From contig NC_043002.1 in NCBI RefSeq assembly GCF_006345805.1, positions 6,944,001 to 7,008,000 on the forward strand: a stretch of DNA of 64,000 nucleotides, written 5' to 3'. A model generated the notes under the pieces. The model had not been told where the DNA came from. It did no database searches and saw only the letters and a list, made by a program, of their open reading frames with translations. Origin of the DNA: Octopus sinensis. Its lineage: Eukaryota. This document shows, piece by piece, positions 63,971-64,000 of the stretch. The translations under genes and the position numbers were made by a program. Numbering within the stretch: position 1 is the stretch's first letter; each line of letters starts with the position of its first letter.

Positions 63971-64000
63971 TATATACATATCTATATATATATATATATA

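Overview
AT-rich, microsatellite-dense animal genomic DNA made up almost entirely of repeats. The SINE families and repeat landscape look like a coleoid cephalopod (Octopus-like); this is my inference. There is no long intact host ORF. At most there are 1-3 candidate minus-strand exons (best: 13962-14240). The rest is tRNA-derived SINEs, RTE and CR1 LINE remnants, Tc1/mariner remnants, Helitron-like pieces and Penelope-like (PLE) remnants. Four things stand out. (1) A decayed R2-clade retrotransposon (3 zinc fingers, Myb, RT, CCHC, start of the restriction-like endonuclease; 30916-35065, minus) that is not in rDNA. It is bounded by a 30-bp direct repeat that is part of a 44-nt hairpin. (2) A 1.63-kb ORF1-only (half-LINE-like) element with a 21-bp target-site duplication, a 3' stem-loop and AATAAA (39029-40655). 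(3) Four well-formed minimal type I hammerhead ribozyme folds (176-231, 21874-21916, 23469-23524, 25797-25841) and a cluster of long fold-back palindromes at 21.6-23.9 kb. (4) A 32-nt U2 snRNA 5' fragment and a textbook AG|GTGAGT recursive-splice-like site. All calls come from reading the sequence by eye; no alignments, folding or database searches were run.
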